Shown: positions 13,101-22,662 of the stretch, one piece after another
Position numbering within the stretch: position 1 is the first letter of the stretch
Layout of the letters: every line of letters starts with the position of its first letter
Source of the DNA: Bacteroidales bacterium
Lineage (GTDB): Bacteria > Bacteroidota > Bacteroidia > Bacteroidales > CAIWKO01
Length of the DNA stretch: 64,000 nt
Direction of reading: 5' to 3'
Assembly: GCA_963678485.1 (NCBI GenBank)
Contig: OY782882.1
Location: forward strand, 4,066,339-4,130,338
Made by a program: the position numbers and the translations under genes
Notes under the pieces: model-generated
The model's input: only the letters and a program-made list of their open reading frames with translations
Told to the model about the DNA's origin: nothing
Databases searched by the model: none

Positions 13101-14541
13101 TAAAATCCGCTTGCGTCCTGTGTTTATTACTGCTCTAGTGGCTTCGTTGGGATTTCTTCCGATGGCTCTATCAATATCAGCAGGAGCTGAAGTTCAGCGT
13201 CCATTGGCCACCGTAGTAATTGGAGGATTGATTTCTTCAACGTTTTTAACATTGATTGTACTTCCAGTGCTGTACATTTTATTTTCGCGCAAGCGTAAGA
13301 AAGGTGCAGTTGCGGGAACTATTCCGGCGGCCGTGATTCTAATGCTTGTATTGTTCTTTGCACTAAGCATTCCTTCTCAGGCGCAACAACAACTTCCAGC
13401 GAAATATACCATGGAGCAGGCAGTAAGCAAAGCCCTGGAAAGCAATGGCGGACTGCAATCTTCTGTCTTAAAAACAAGGCAAATGAAAGCCTTGCAGGGT
13501 GCAGCATGGGACATTGGAAAAACCAATGTTGATCTTACGTATGGACAAAGTAATTCTTTTGAGCGTGATAATAATTATAGTGTGACTCAGGAAATCGAAT
13601 TTCCTGCAGTGTATGCTAGTCAGCATCGTTTAGCAAAAGCGGAGACGCGTAGTGCAGAAATGGAATTAGCTGTTGCTCGCGGCGAGCTTATTCGAGATGT
13701 GAAAATTGCCTGGTGTGAGATAGTCTTTCTTCACGCACAAAGCGCGTTACTCGACTTTCAGGATAGTATCTATTCGTGGTTTTTGCAGGCGGCTGAATTA
13801 AAGGCTGCATCGGGCGAAAGCCCTCCACTGGAAAAGACCGTTGCTGAAACTCGTTTGATGAAAACCAGGACAGCGAAAGTGCAGGCTGCGGTTGAATTAC
13901 AAAATGCGCAACGTAATCTGGCTTATCTGCTTAACGAACCCCTTGCTGTTGATGCTACAGATTCAATACTTAGTGCGCTGGTACTGCCTGCAATTGCTGA
14001 TACCTCATCTAAAGATAGTCCGTTGCTCAACTATGCGCAACAACAGTTAATGATACGTCAGGCAGAGCGCGGTTTGGAGCGATCCAAACTTTGTCCTGGA
14101 ATATCTGCGGGTTATTTTAATATGAGCAATAAAGATCTTGATGCCAATGGGCGTTTTACGGGATTTCAGGTAGGACTTAGCATTCCCGTATTTTTTGGAG
14201 CTCAGGCCACTCGCATCAAAGCAGCAGGATTGGGGATAGCGGTTGAAAGGGCGCAGTACGATTACTATTCGCAGCGGGTACAGACAGAGGTTTCCATACA
14301 GCGAAACGAATGTTTGAATTACCGGTCCACACTGGATTACTATGAAAGCTATGCGTTGAAACAGGCGTCGCTTCTCTTGGAACAGGCATCGACTAGTTTT
14401 AGCAGTGGCGATATTAGTTACTCAGACTACCTGCGTAATGCCAGTGACGCACTCGATATACAGGCTGCCTATCTGGAAATGCTTAATGCATATAATGCAG
14501 CAGTAATAAAGTATCAATTTCTCACAGGTATTGAAAAATAA
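10177..14541 (+). CDS. czcA: CusA/CzcA-family heavy-metal efflux RND pump fused in frame to a TolC/CzcC-like outer-membrane factor
   Basis: The first ~1040 aa have a typical CzcA N-terminus and a 12-TM RND body. There is then no stop codon. A signal-peptide-like segment (AAVILMLVLFFALSIPSQAQ) follows. After it come about 400 aa of outer-membrane-factor-type sequence. Confidence 0.7.
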   Translation: MIDRIIRFSLNNKLIIGLMIFGLIGWGIYSLTELPVDAVPDITNNQVQVISIAPTLAANEVEQFITAPIEVSVVNIPDIVELRSISRLGLSVVTIVFEDHVDIYKARQQISERLKDAEGQIPEGLASIDMAPVSTGLSEIYQYTLKVEPGYESKYTPLELRTIQDWIVRREMLGTPGVADVNSYGGYVSQYEVAVDPVRLKSMGITLNEVFDALEANNQNTGSAYIEKSRNSYFIRGIGLVNTLDDIGKIVVKNREDGGPILIRDVATPQIGSAPRYGALVMDTTGEAVGGVVMMLKGSNASQVIEVVKERMETIKKSLPKGVGIEAYLDRTDLVDRAINTVSRNLLEGGLIVIFVLVLMLGNLRAGFVVASVIPLSMLFAVSMMNVFGISGNLMSLGAIDFGLIVDGAVIIVESVVHRITKSKTHHQGLLKLSRQQMDEEVYDSSRRMMNSATFGQMIILIVYLPILALIGIEGKMFRPMALTVGFAIIGAIILSLTYVPVASSLFISRKTKSRRNISDVIMDFLQKIFTPVINLALRAKIAVVVISLLLLISSLFVYSRLGGEFIPNLEEGDLASSVITLQGGSLSNTIETVKKANKILMTKFPEVKHAVCKIGSAEIPTDPTPMETGDYIIVMKDKSEWTSASSREEMMDKMQEELSVLPGVVFELQQPIQMRFNELMTGSKQDVAVKIFGDNLDLLAEKGRQTEKLIRDIPGVVDINVEKVTGSGQIQVIYNRDKIAFYGLNIADINRMLKTAFAGSSAGVVYNEEKRFDLVVRFDKQFRQDIDYVRNLYIPLASGKQVPLYEVADVSYRTGVAQVSREDTKRRITVGFNVRNRDVASVVDEVRTKLDAKLNLPAGYYTTYGGQFENLIAARERLMVAVPVALLLIFVLLFITFKSVKQALLIYTAVPFSAIGGIFALYFRGLPFSISAGVGFIALFGVAVLNGIVLIAEFNRLEKEEGIEDIYERVRRGIKIRLRPVFITALVASLGFLPMALSISAGAEVQRPLATVVIGGLISSTFLTLIVLPVLYILFSRKRKKGAVAGTIPAAVILMLVLFFALSIPSQAQQQLPAKYTMEQAVSKALESNGGLQSSVLKTRQMKALQGAAWDIGKTNVDLTYGQSNSFERDNNYSVTQEIEFPAVYASQHRLAKAETRSAEMELAVARGELIRDVKIAWCEIVFLHAQSALLDFQDSIYSWFLQAAELKAASGESPPLEKTVAETRLMKTRTAKVQAAVELQNAQRNLAYLLNEPLAVDATDSILSALVLPAIADTSSKDSPLLNYAQQQLMIRQAERGLERSKLCPGISAGYFNMSNKDLDANGRFTGFQVGLSIPVFFGAQATRIKAAGLGIAVERAQYDYYSQRVQTEVSIQRNECLNYRSTLDYYESYALKQASLLLEQASTSFSSGDISYSDYLRNASDALDIQAAYLEMLNAYNAAVIKYQFLTGIEK

Positions 14542-14547
14542 GCAAAA

Positions 14548-15849
14548 ATGAAAGATCTTAATAAAATGAATAATTTTAATATTTCTGTTATGAAACATTC
14601 AGAAAATGCCAGTATTATCGGGACAGCCAGAGTATATCATCGGAGCAGCTTTTTAGGTCGGTCAGGAATTACTTTCAGATCGTTGATGTTAGCTCTTGCA
14701 ATTTCGATGGTCGTTTTTCTAGGTAGTTGCGGACAAGCGGTGGTTGAAGAGGAAGAATCGGCGCACGAAGTACTTCCTGAAAACATTGTAGAGATGACCA
14801 GCGACCAGTATAAGGTTGCAGGCATCGAGCTGGGGAAAGTGGAAGAAAAAGCCATGAGTAAGCTGATTAAAGCAGCGGGAACCATTACTGTACCGCCGCA
14901 AAATCTTGCAACCGTATGTGCCAGCTACGGCGGCTACATTAAGAGCACCTCACTGATGCAGGGTAGTCCGATTAAAAAAGGACAGGTGTTGGCAATCATT
15001 GAGAACCCCGAATTTATTACGATACAGCAGGATTATCTAGAAAGTAAAAGTCAGTTGCAATTTTTGCAACAGGAGATCGATCGTCAGGAGTCGCTGTATA
15101 AAGGGAATGTAAGTTCTGCAAAGACCTATCAGCAGGCACTGGCTGATTACAAAACGATGAAGAGCAGGGTCAGTGCGTTAGAGCAAAAGCTGTTGCTTAT
15201 TGGTTTAGATGCATCCAAATTAAAGGAGGATAATATTCGTGCTGCATTGCCAGTATTATCGCCCATATCAGGCTTTGTAAAATCGGTGAATGTCAATATC
15301 GGGAAATATGTAGCGCCAACGGATGTGCTCTTCGAAATCGTTAATAATGCTGGTTTGACCTTAGAGATAGAAGTATTTGAAAAGGATGCAGGACGCATTA
15401 TAAACGGTCAGGCAATTCGCTTTTCGGTCTTGAGTTTTCCAGATAAAGAGTTAACAGCTACTGTCTATCAATCGGGCAAAGCATTGGACCAGGATCAGGC
15501 AGTACGCGTATACGCAAGAATTGATAAGGGAGATGTTACGCTGATGCCAGGTATGGCAGTAAATGCTTTTATACAAACTGATGAAGCTACCACCACCGCT
15601 ATTCCGTCTGATGCAGTGGTTTCTTTTGATGACAAATATTTCATCTTTGTGTTTAAAGGAGAAAGGGTCGAAGGGGAGAAAAAAGTGAACGACTTTGAAG
15701 TGGTTGAGGTTCGCAAGGGTATCAGTGAAAACGGATACACTGAAATTATGCTACCTGCTAGTTTTGATATTAAGAAAGCACAGGTAGTTATAAAAGGTGC
15801 GTTTGAAGTACTTTCTAAAATGAAGAATGCGGGAGAAATGGCATGCTAG
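14548..15849 (+). CDS. Efflux RND periplasmic adaptor subunit (CzcB/HlyD-type membrane fusion protein)
   Basis: It has biotinyl-lipoyl-like and beta-barrel segments (GQVLAIIENPEF, coiled-coil LQQEIDRQESLYK). The likely true start is the internal Met before the lipobox FLGSC, at about 14686. Confidence 0.7.
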   Translation: MKDLNKMNNFNISVMKHSENASIIGTARVYHRSSFLGRSGITFRSLMLALAISMVVFLGSCGQAVVEEEESAHEVLPENIVEMTSDQYKVAGIELGKVEEKAMSKLIKAAGTITVPPQNLATVCASYGGYIKSTSLMQGSPIKKGQVLAIIENPEFITIQQDYLESKSQLQFLQQEIDRQESLYKGNVSSAKTYQQALADYKTMKSRVSALEQKLLLIGLDASKLKEDNIRAALPVLSPISGFVKSVNVNIGKYVAPTDVLFEIVNNAGLTLEIEVFEKDAGRIINGQAIRFSVLSFPDKELTATVYQSGKALDQDQAVRVYARIDKGDVTLMPGMAVNAFIQTDEATTTAIPSDAVVSFDDKYFIFVFKGERVEGEKKVNDFEVVEVRKGISENGYTEIMLPASFDIKKAQVVIKGAFEVLSKMKNAGEMAC

Positions 15850-15904
15850 GGAGCATTGCATTTTGCTAGTAATAGCAAAGATTTCACCGCAACAGAAAAC
15901 GAAA

Positions 15905-15929
15905 AGGGCTGTCCTTACGGGACAGCCCT
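15905..15929. terminator. Bidirectional intrinsic terminator between the convergent adaptor and csp genes
   Basis: A hairpin AGGGCTGTCC-ttac-GGACAGCCCT is flanked by an A-run upstream and a T-run downstream. Confidence 0.6.
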
Positions 15930-15957
15930 TTAACTTAAATGTTTTATAAGAGCTAAA

Positions 15958-16149
15958 CTAAACTAGTTTAACGTTTACTGCATTTAATCCTTTTTTTCCT
16001 TGTTCGAGGTCAAAGGTTACTTCATCATTTTCTTTAATGCTGTCTTTCAAGCCAGAAGAATGCACGAAGTATTCTTTTTCTGAATTAGCGTCTTTAATGA
16101 ATCCGAAACCTTTCGAATCATTGAAGAATTTTACGGTACCCTTGTTCAT
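15958..16149 (-). CDS. Cold-shock protein (CspA family)
   Basis: The ORF is 63 aa and contains KGTVKFFNDSKGFGFI, i.e. RNP1-like KGFGFI. Confidence 0.9.
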   Translation of the reverse strand: MNKGTVKFFNDSKGFGFIKDANSEKEYFVHSSGLKDSIKENDEVTFDLEQGKKGLNAVNVKLV

Positions 16150-16542
16150 TTTGATATTGTGAATTAAAATTATGGCGCAAGATACACAAAATTATTGAAA
16201 TAACACATATTTTTTTATTTTAATGCTATTGATATATATCACGCAACGATTTTTGAAGGATAATAAAATGTGGATGAGAGTGGGCGTGAGAGTGAGTGTG
16301 AGAGTGAGTCAGGAGGGCGGGAGTGGAGAGGTAGACCGTTTTTAAGGATATTGACCAATACTGCAAATATGTGGAAATATTGGATAAGTCCCGTGAAGAG
16401 CCTTATTAAGGAATTTTGCTAATTTGATATTTGTAATTTTATCAAGCCTCTTTAACCCCGCTGGACCAATCCTCTAAAACTCAACTTTTCAAGGTTTTAT
16501 CACTAATTTACTAATTAACTATTTAACTAGTTTACCAATTAA

Positions 16543-18189
16543 CTACTTAGCTATCCTCTTAAACAACTCAAGCTTCTTTGATGACGAGCTAAAGATTAAG
16601 GTGAATTCCTTATTGAGTAGGGTTGCGGTTTGTTGCTTGCAGCTATCTGCCGGGTCGTCTGAATAATACCAGCGACTGATATAATCGATACTATGTCCTG
16701 TCTGTTGCTCGTATTTTTCTATTGAAATGCAGGGATCAGGATTGCCGAAATCACCTATAAGTTCATAAGGGTTTTGATTCTTTTTCCATTGTAGAGGAAA
16801 GTGCGGTTTTGTAGCCTCGTAATTATCGAGTACAATGAAGAACTTCTGAGAAGCCAAATAATTTGAGAAGTTGCTGTGAAGCCAATTTCCTGAATAGTTT
16901 AATGGAAGGACTGTTTTTCCCGCTTCAATCATTGGTTCGGCCTGCATCAATTCTTCGACATCTGCACTAAGAACTTTAACTGTTTTATAATGGTAATTGA
17001 CTAGTAGTACTGAGGGTATTAGTAATGCCAAAACAGGAACGATTATGATTTTCGATGGTATTTGTTGTGCAGCAATCCAGAGAATCAGCAATAAGAAAAA
17101 ATATAGTGATAACCTGATAGAGATAAAACCTCCGGAGATCATCCAGTCAGGAAGGGTGAAATACATCAATAGCACTATCATTGCTGAGATTAACAAATGA
17201 GTACTCGAAGGCAGCCGTTTTGTTTTGAACCATTCACGGAACAGCAGGAACAGGCTGATAGCAATCATAATCAGGATAGCCCAGAATACAATGCTTATGT
17301 AATTTTTTTCAGCTTCGTAATTGATTGTAATCAGCGGCTGCATCTCGCTAAGACCTTTAACAAGGTTTGCCATCGGAAGATAAACCGATTTTTCTGCTCC
17401 ATAGTTTTTTATTGCAAAGACCATTGTCAGTGCCAGTCCGGGAAGGCAGGCAATCAATAGCATTAGTAATTTGCGCAGCGTGACAATTAACTTCTTTTGC
17501 AATATCAATTGTTGAATCTCAAAAACCAGCAGTATCAGACCAAATAGTAGAAAATTGAAAAGATGTGAAAAATATAATAGCGTGGATAGTAGCAAAAGGC
17601 TAATGACTTTCTTTATATTAATTGTATCGTGGTTTTTTATCCAGTATCCAAGAGCGAAGAGCAATATGGGTAAGCCAATACAAAAGTTGTAGAAGCCAAT
17701 ACATAATGGAAAAGAATATATGAAAGGGAAGATTAAATAAACAGAAATTGGGGTTTCGTTCTTTCCCTTTTGTAGGTTTTTCACCAAATACCGGAACGAC
17801 AATGGTAATAACACCACATACACAATCAGCAAGGATTTTTCAACCATCCATGAGGGCAGGAACGTTCCCATCAGCACATCCCAAAGATGGTTAATCCAAT
17901 TGGAAGACCAGCCCGAATTAATATCAAAAAATGAATTTAGTGAGCTCTGATCATTCAGCCATAAGTGGCGCAATAAATTGGCATTGTATAGATGCGCTGG
18001 TCCATCAACAGTAGGAAAGTATTTGATGAAAAGGAGTGGTATCAGGAATACTAAAATCAATACATAAAAAAAATACTTCTCATATGATTGGTAGAATCGC
18101 GTTTTGATAAAATCCATTTGGCGAAAAATGTTTGTTAGTGTTGGTAGAAAACTATTGTTTGAGGATATAATATATTTATTTCGAAACAC
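16543..18189 (-). CDS. Polytopic integral membrane protein of unknown function (at least 12 predicted TM helices and a C-terminal soluble domain)
   Basis: The ORF is 548 aa with many long hydrophobic segments. No recognisable catalytic motif was seen. Confidence 0.5.
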   Translation of the reverse strand: MFRNKYIISSNNSFLPTLTNIFRQMDFIKTRFYQSYEKYFFYVLILVFLIPLLFIKYFPTVDGPAHLYNANLLRHLWLNDQSSLNSFFDINSGWSSNWINHLWDVLMGTFLPSWMVEKSLLIVYVVLLPLSFRYLVKNLQKGKNETPISVYLIFPFIYSFPLCIGFYNFCIGLPILLFALGYWIKNHDTINIKKVISLLLLSTLLYFSHLFNFLLFGLILLVFEIQQLILQKKLIVTLRKLLMLLIACLPGLALTMVFAIKNYGAEKSVYLPMANLVKGLSEMQPLITINYEAEKNYISIVFWAILIMIAISLFLLFREWFKTKRLPSSTHLLISAMIVLLMYFTLPDWMISGGFISIRLSLYFFLLLILWIAAQQIPSKIIIVPVLALLIPSVLLVNYHYKTVKVLSADVEELMQAEPMIEAGKTVLPLNYSGNWLHSNFSNYLASQKFFIVLDNYEATKPHFPLQWKKNQNPYELIGDFGNPDPCISIEKYEQQTGHSIDYISRWYYSDDPADSCKQQTATLLNKEFTLIFSSSSKKLELFKRIAK

Positions 18190-18476
18190 TATAAAAACTT
18201 CAATGTCAAAGGTAAATAAATTCCGTAAAGAGGGATATGGGGGAATATTTTTCTTGATTGCCCATTGCTTCTCCTAGGTAATCAAATCATTTGGAAAAAT
18301 ATTTCATCTTATGCAGCCTTGACCATCATTTAAATGTCTAGTGCCTGAAAGATTTAATAGTGGCGTTAATTGATTCTCCTCAGAATTTCTTTGATTCACC
18401 TATTAATTTTTCGTCATCGTTAATTTTTACTCATATTTGTTTACTTAAGCTCGATACCTCACTTAAATTATAATCA

Positions 18477-20219
18477 ATGAAACCTTCAAAATTATTTGTG
18501 ATCGTGGCCGTGCTATGCACAAGTTTATTTGTGACCAAATTACAAGCACAGCAATGGGGTTATTACACCTTATATGCTACAAAGAATGGGACACAAGCAT
18601 TCTTATGTGATACTAATGGGACAACAGAGCATACATGGACATTCCTCTCTTCTAAAAAGTCGGCCTATTCAGCTTACCTCGTGCCAGGTGATACCTTGGT
18701 GCGCACCTATAGTTATACAGCGGCTGGTGGTATGAGTGGCGGTGGTGTGACTGGGGCTGTGCAGAAAGTTACCTGGGACGGAACGGTTGTTTGGGATTTT
18801 CAATATAACTCTTCGACGTATACATTACATCATGACATTTGTCCATTAGCTAATGGCAATGTGTTGATGATTGCTTATGAATTAAAGAGTGCAGCTGAAG
18901 CTACCCAGGCTGGTGCTTCAAGTAGTGTATCCATAAAGGCAGAGAAGATAATTGAGGTAAAGCCAACAGGCGCAACCACAGGAACCATTGTTTGGGAGTG
19001 GCATCTATGGGATCATCTGTGTCAGAATTACAGTGCAGGTGTAGATAATTATGTGACATCCATTATTGATAATCCACAATTGTTGAATATTAATTATTTG
19101 AATGCATCAAACCCCGATCAGTCGGATCGTTGGCATATGAACGGTATTGATTACAACCCGGCACTTGACCAGATTGTAGTCAGCATGCATTTTATGAATT
19201 CAGTTTTTATAATTGATCATAGTACAACCACCGCTGAAGCAGCGGGCCATACTGGCGGCAATTCGGGCAAGGGTGGTGATTTTCTTTATCGTTGGGGTAA
19301 TCCTGCTTCGTATGGAGCAAGTGGGACGGCCGATTTTAATGTTGTTCACGATGCGCATTGGGTGCCCTCTGATAATCCTAATTATCCAAGTTATTTGGCC
19401 GCATACAATAACAAAGGGGGTACTTCCGGAAAGACCGCAATTGATGTCTGGAATCCACCATATGATGGCAACAATTACTCCTATACTGCAGGAACGGCCT
19501 ATGCACCTGCAACCTATGCATATCGCTACAATTCTTCTTTCTCAGCAAGTAACGAGGGTAACTCACAGCAATTACCTAATGGAAATATGTTGGTAAATAA
19601 TCCTTTTGGATCTGTGTATGAAATCAATTCTGCAGGGACTGTGCTCTGGAGCAAATCAACCAATTCGTCGCACGCTTACCGATATTCAACTTGTTATGTG
19701 AGAGGACCCGTTGCATCGGCAACTGCTTCAGAAACAGCCATTACTGCAGGAACTCCGATAACACTGAATGCAACCGGATTTTCTGTAACTGAAACCAGTC
19801 CGACCTATACTTATGAGTGGTCATCCAATTCTTCGGCATTTACATCAACATTGCAGAGTCCTACAGATTCCCCCACTTCTACAACAACTTACACGGTCAC
19901 CATTACCGATCCAGCGATTGGATGTTCTGCGACTGCAACCGTACAGGTGAATGTGGGATTGGGTATGGGTGACGCGCAAAGCAATGAATTGCTGATGGTG
20001 TCGCCTAATCCAACTACGGGCATAGTTAGCCTCTCTGGAAGTATTGTAAAGGATCAGTCATTTGAAGTCATGGTTTATAATTCTGTTGGTCAGCTTGTGC
20101 TGAAAAACGCTAATGTCCAGACAATCGACTTATCGACCATGACTCCGGGTATCTATTCGTTGCTTGTTACCACTGAGACATCAGGTGTTTATGCACGAAA
20201 AATATACCTTTCAAGATAA
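18477..20219 (+). CDS. Second arylsulfotransferase-like propeller protein with a type IX secretion C-terminal sorting domain
   Basis: There is a signal peptide. It shares the block WHMNGIDYNPALDQIVVSMHFMNSVFIIDHSTT with the ASST-like family pattern. The C-terminal sorting domain is VSPNPTTGIVSL. Confidence 0.45.
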   Translation: MKPSKLFVIVAVLCTSLFVTKLQAQQWGYYTLYATKNGTQAFLCDTNGTTEHTWTFLSSKKSAYSAYLVPGDTLVRTYSYTAAGGMSGGGVTGAVQKVTWDGTVVWDFQYNSSTYTLHHDICPLANGNVLMIAYELKSAAEATQAGASSSVSIKAEKIIEVKPTGATTGTIVWEWHLWDHLCQNYSAGVDNYVTSIIDNPQLLNINYLNASNPDQSDRWHMNGIDYNPALDQIVVSMHFMNSVFIIDHSTTTAEAAGHTGGNSGKGGDFLYRWGNPASYGASGTADFNVVHDAHWVPSDNPNYPSYLAAYNNKGGTSGKTAIDVWNPPYDGNNYSYTAGTAYAPATYAYRYNSSFSASNEGNSQQLPNGNMLVNNPFGSVYEINSAGTVLWSKSTNSSHAYRYSTCYVRGPVASATASETAITAGTPITLNATGFSVTETSPTYTYEWSSNSSAFTSTLQSPTDSPTSTTTYTVTITDPAIGCSATATVQVNVGLGMGDAQSNELLMVSPNPTTGIVSLSGSIVKDQSFEVMVYNSVGQLVLKNANVQTIDLSTMTPGIYSLLVTTETSGVYARKIYLSR

Positions 20220-20354
20220 TTCCACTGTGCTTTAAGTAAGGATGTTGCAGAAATGTTTTTCAATATTTTTTAATTTTTGGAAAATCATTTCTGTAATATC
20301 CTTGTTTGCTTCAAATTTTTTTCTACCTTTGCCGGCCAATTGACCTTTGACATT

Positions 20355-20429
20355 CGGGGTATAGCGCAGTCCGGTTAGCGCACCTGGTTTGGGACCAGGG
20401 GGTCGCAGGTTCGAATCCTGCTACCCCGA
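20355..20429 (+). tRNA. tRNA-Pro (anticodon TGG), CCA not encoded
   Basis: Acceptor stem CGGGGTA pairs with TACCCCG. The anticodon stem-loop is CCTGG-TTTGGGA-CCAGG. The T-arm is GCAGGTTCGAATCCTGC. Confidence 0.85.
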
Positions 20430-20585
20430 CTTTTTCAGAGATACAGGCGAGAGAAGAGCTGGTATAACACTCTTCGATAATATTAATCGTGATTTCAGGG
20501 AAGCCATGATGCTTCTCAGCCAGAAGGCAAAGCTTTTCAGCGTGCTAAGTTAACCAGCCCCCCCGAAGCACAAAACAACAACAAC

Positions 20586-22352
20586 ATGACATTTGAAGAA
20601 TTGGGAATTGCCCCCCATGTATTAAAGGCAATTCAGGAACTTGGCTTTGAAAATCCAATGCCGGTCCAGGAAGAAGTAATCCCATTAATGCTTAGCGGGA
20701 AAAGGGATATTATAGCTTTAGCGCAAACAGGAACTGGAAAGACCGCAGCCTTTGGACTTCCTTTGATTCAGGAAGCCAATCCGGAGGAACACAACCCACA
20801 GGCACTCGTATTATGTCCAACACGTGAGCTCTGTGTACAGATTACCAACGACCTTACAAATTACGCAAAATATTCAAAAAATATCCATATACAGTCGGTG
20901 TATGGCGGTGCCAGTATTTTAACACAAATGAATGCACTTAAAAAAGGAGTGCAGATTGTGGTAGCCACACCGGGTCGTATGATTGACCTGATTGAACGCA
21001 AGGCTGTAAAGCTTTCGAGCGTTACCCGCGTTGTGCTTGATGAGGCTGATGAAATGCTTAATATGGGATTTTTAGATAGCATCAATGCTATTCTTGCAAA
21101 AGTTCCCGATGGCCGCAATACCTTACTTTTCTCGGCAACTATGCCCGATGGTATTGTGAAGATCTCGCGTAATTATATGAAGAACCCACTGGAAGTAACG
21201 ATTGGGGTCAAAAATGCAGGAGCAGCAAATGTCCGTCATATCTGCTATACCGTTCATGCTAAAGATAAATATTTTGTATTGAAACGTATTGCTGATTATA
21301 ATCCCGGGATTTATGGTATTGTATTTTGCCGTACCCGTCGCGAGACACAGGAAATCGCCGATAAACTTATTCAGGATGGTTACAATGCTGATGCATTGCA
21401 TGGTGATCTTTCGCAAGGTCAGCGCGATAGCGTAATGGCGAAGGTTCGTACACGTAATGTAAAACTACTGGTAGCTACTGATGTTGCTGCCCGTGGATTG
21501 GATGTGGACGATCTTACGCACGTAATTAATTTCGGATTGCCTGATGATTACGAGATCTATACTCACCGTAGCGGACGTACCGGAAGGGCAGGAAAATTAG
21601 GAACCTCTGTGGTGATTGTGAATCTGAAAGAAAAAGGTGGTATTAAGCATATTGAAAAGATGATTAAAAAAACTTTTCAGCATGCTACAATTCCTACAGG
21701 ACAGGAGATTTGCGAAAAGCAATTGTTTCATCTGATTGATCGTATGGAGAAGGTTGAAACAGAGCAATCCGGTATTGAGACTTATCTTCCCGCGATTTAT
21801 AAAAAACTTGAATGGCTCGACAAAGAAGAAATAATCCGTCGTTTCCTCTCTTTGGAATTTAACCGTTTTCTTGATTATTACCGCGATGCACGTGATATCA
21901 AGGCTCCCGAAGAGTATAGCAGAAATAATCGTGATGACCGTGACGATCGCGAAGATCGTGGCGCACGGGGTGGTTATAAGGAACGTCCCGGCAGAGGTGA
22001 GTTCTCGCGTATGTTCATTAACCTTGGCCGCGTAGATGGCCTGAAACCAGGTGACCTTATCAGTATCATCAATTCATGTACACCGGGAATGAAAGTCGGT
22101 ATTGGCCGCATCGATCTGCAAAAGACCCATTCCTTTTTCGAAGTGGAGGCACGTTACATTAAGCAGGTTATAGCATTAATGAAGACTGCACGTTTCCGCG
22201 ATCGCAAGGTACAGGTTGGAATGGGTGATGGTCATCCCGGGAGCAATGCACCGGTAGAAACCACGCGTAAAGAACGAGCATTGGAGCCCACCCGCAAGGA
22301 ACGTGGTTTCCGCGAAGAACAGAAGTGGAAGAAGCGCAGTAAAAGTAAATAG
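20586..22352 (+). CDS. deaD: DEAD-box ATP-dependent RNA helicase (DeaD/CsdA-like) with a C-terminal DbpA-type RNA-binding domain and an RD/RG-rich linker
   Basis: The Q-motif, AQTGTGKT (motif I), DEAD, SAT and HRSGRTGR are present, followed by a C-terminal DbpA-like domain. Confidence 0.85.
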   Translation: MTFEELGIAPHVLKAIQELGFENPMPVQEEVIPLMLSGKRDIIALAQTGTGKTAAFGLPLIQEANPEEHNPQALVLCPTRELCVQITNDLTNYAKYSKNIHIQSVYGGASILTQMNALKKGVQIVVATPGRMIDLIERKAVKLSSVTRVVLDEADEMLNMGFLDSINAILAKVPDGRNTLLFSATMPDGIVKISRNYMKNPLEVTIGVKNAGAANVRHICYTVHAKDKYFVLKRIADYNPGIYGIVFCRTRRETQEIADKLIQDGYNADALHGDLSQGQRDSVMAKVRTRNVKLLVATDVAARGLDVDDLTHVINFGLPDDYEIYTHRSGRTGRAGKLGTSVVIVNLKEKGGIKHIEKMIKKTFQHATIPTGQEICEKQLFHLIDRMEKVETEQSGIETYLPAIYKKLEWLDKEEIIRRFLSLEFNRFLDYYRDARDIKAPEEYSRNNRDDRDDREDRGARGGYKERPGRGEFSRMFINLGRVDGLKPGDLISIINSCTPGMKVGIGRIDLQKTHSFFEVEARYIKQVIALMKTARFRDRKVQVGMGDGHPGSNAPVETTRKERALEPTRKERGFREEQKWKKRSKSK

Positions 22353-22353
22353 T

Positions 22354-22497
22354 GTCTGTCCATTAAATCCTTAGGCTGCATTGTCTTCTCGATGCTCGAC
22401 AGTCGATTATTTGAGCAAACGCCTGCCCGGCAATAATTCGGATGCTTTGCCTCCGGAACTTTGTGGTCAGCCACTTAGTTTGTAGACATCTCTAAAG
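22354..22497 (+). repeat. Structured ~145-bp element (copy A) immediately 3' of deaD, related to the element at 24208-24362
   Basis: It is about 70-75% identical to copy B. The termini are inverted (GTCTGTCCATTAAA ... TTTGTAGACAT). There is an internal CGACAGTCG...CTGCCCGG core. Confidence 0.5.
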
Positions 22498-22662
22498 AGT
22501 ACTTTTTGTTGATGCTTATTGATTAAGGATTTTTTTCTGATTCAATCATTTTCGCTACTACCAAGGCTTTCGCAATGTCAATGGTAATGATTCTATTCAA
22601 GTAATAGTAATTAGTATATGTTTATTTTGTAATTTGGCTGCACAAATTTTAACGGCTGAACT

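Noticed and set aside
13288-13330. Independent start of a separate outer-membrane-factor gene at the internal Met (ILMLVLFF)
   Set aside because: The Met is in the same frame as the upstream pump ORF with no intervening stop. A separate gene therefore cannot be called from the sequence as given, and the region is reported as a fusion with a caveat instead.
19213-19596. 127-aa + strand ORF inside 18477-20219
   Set aside because: It is a different frame of the ASST-like gene and has no features.
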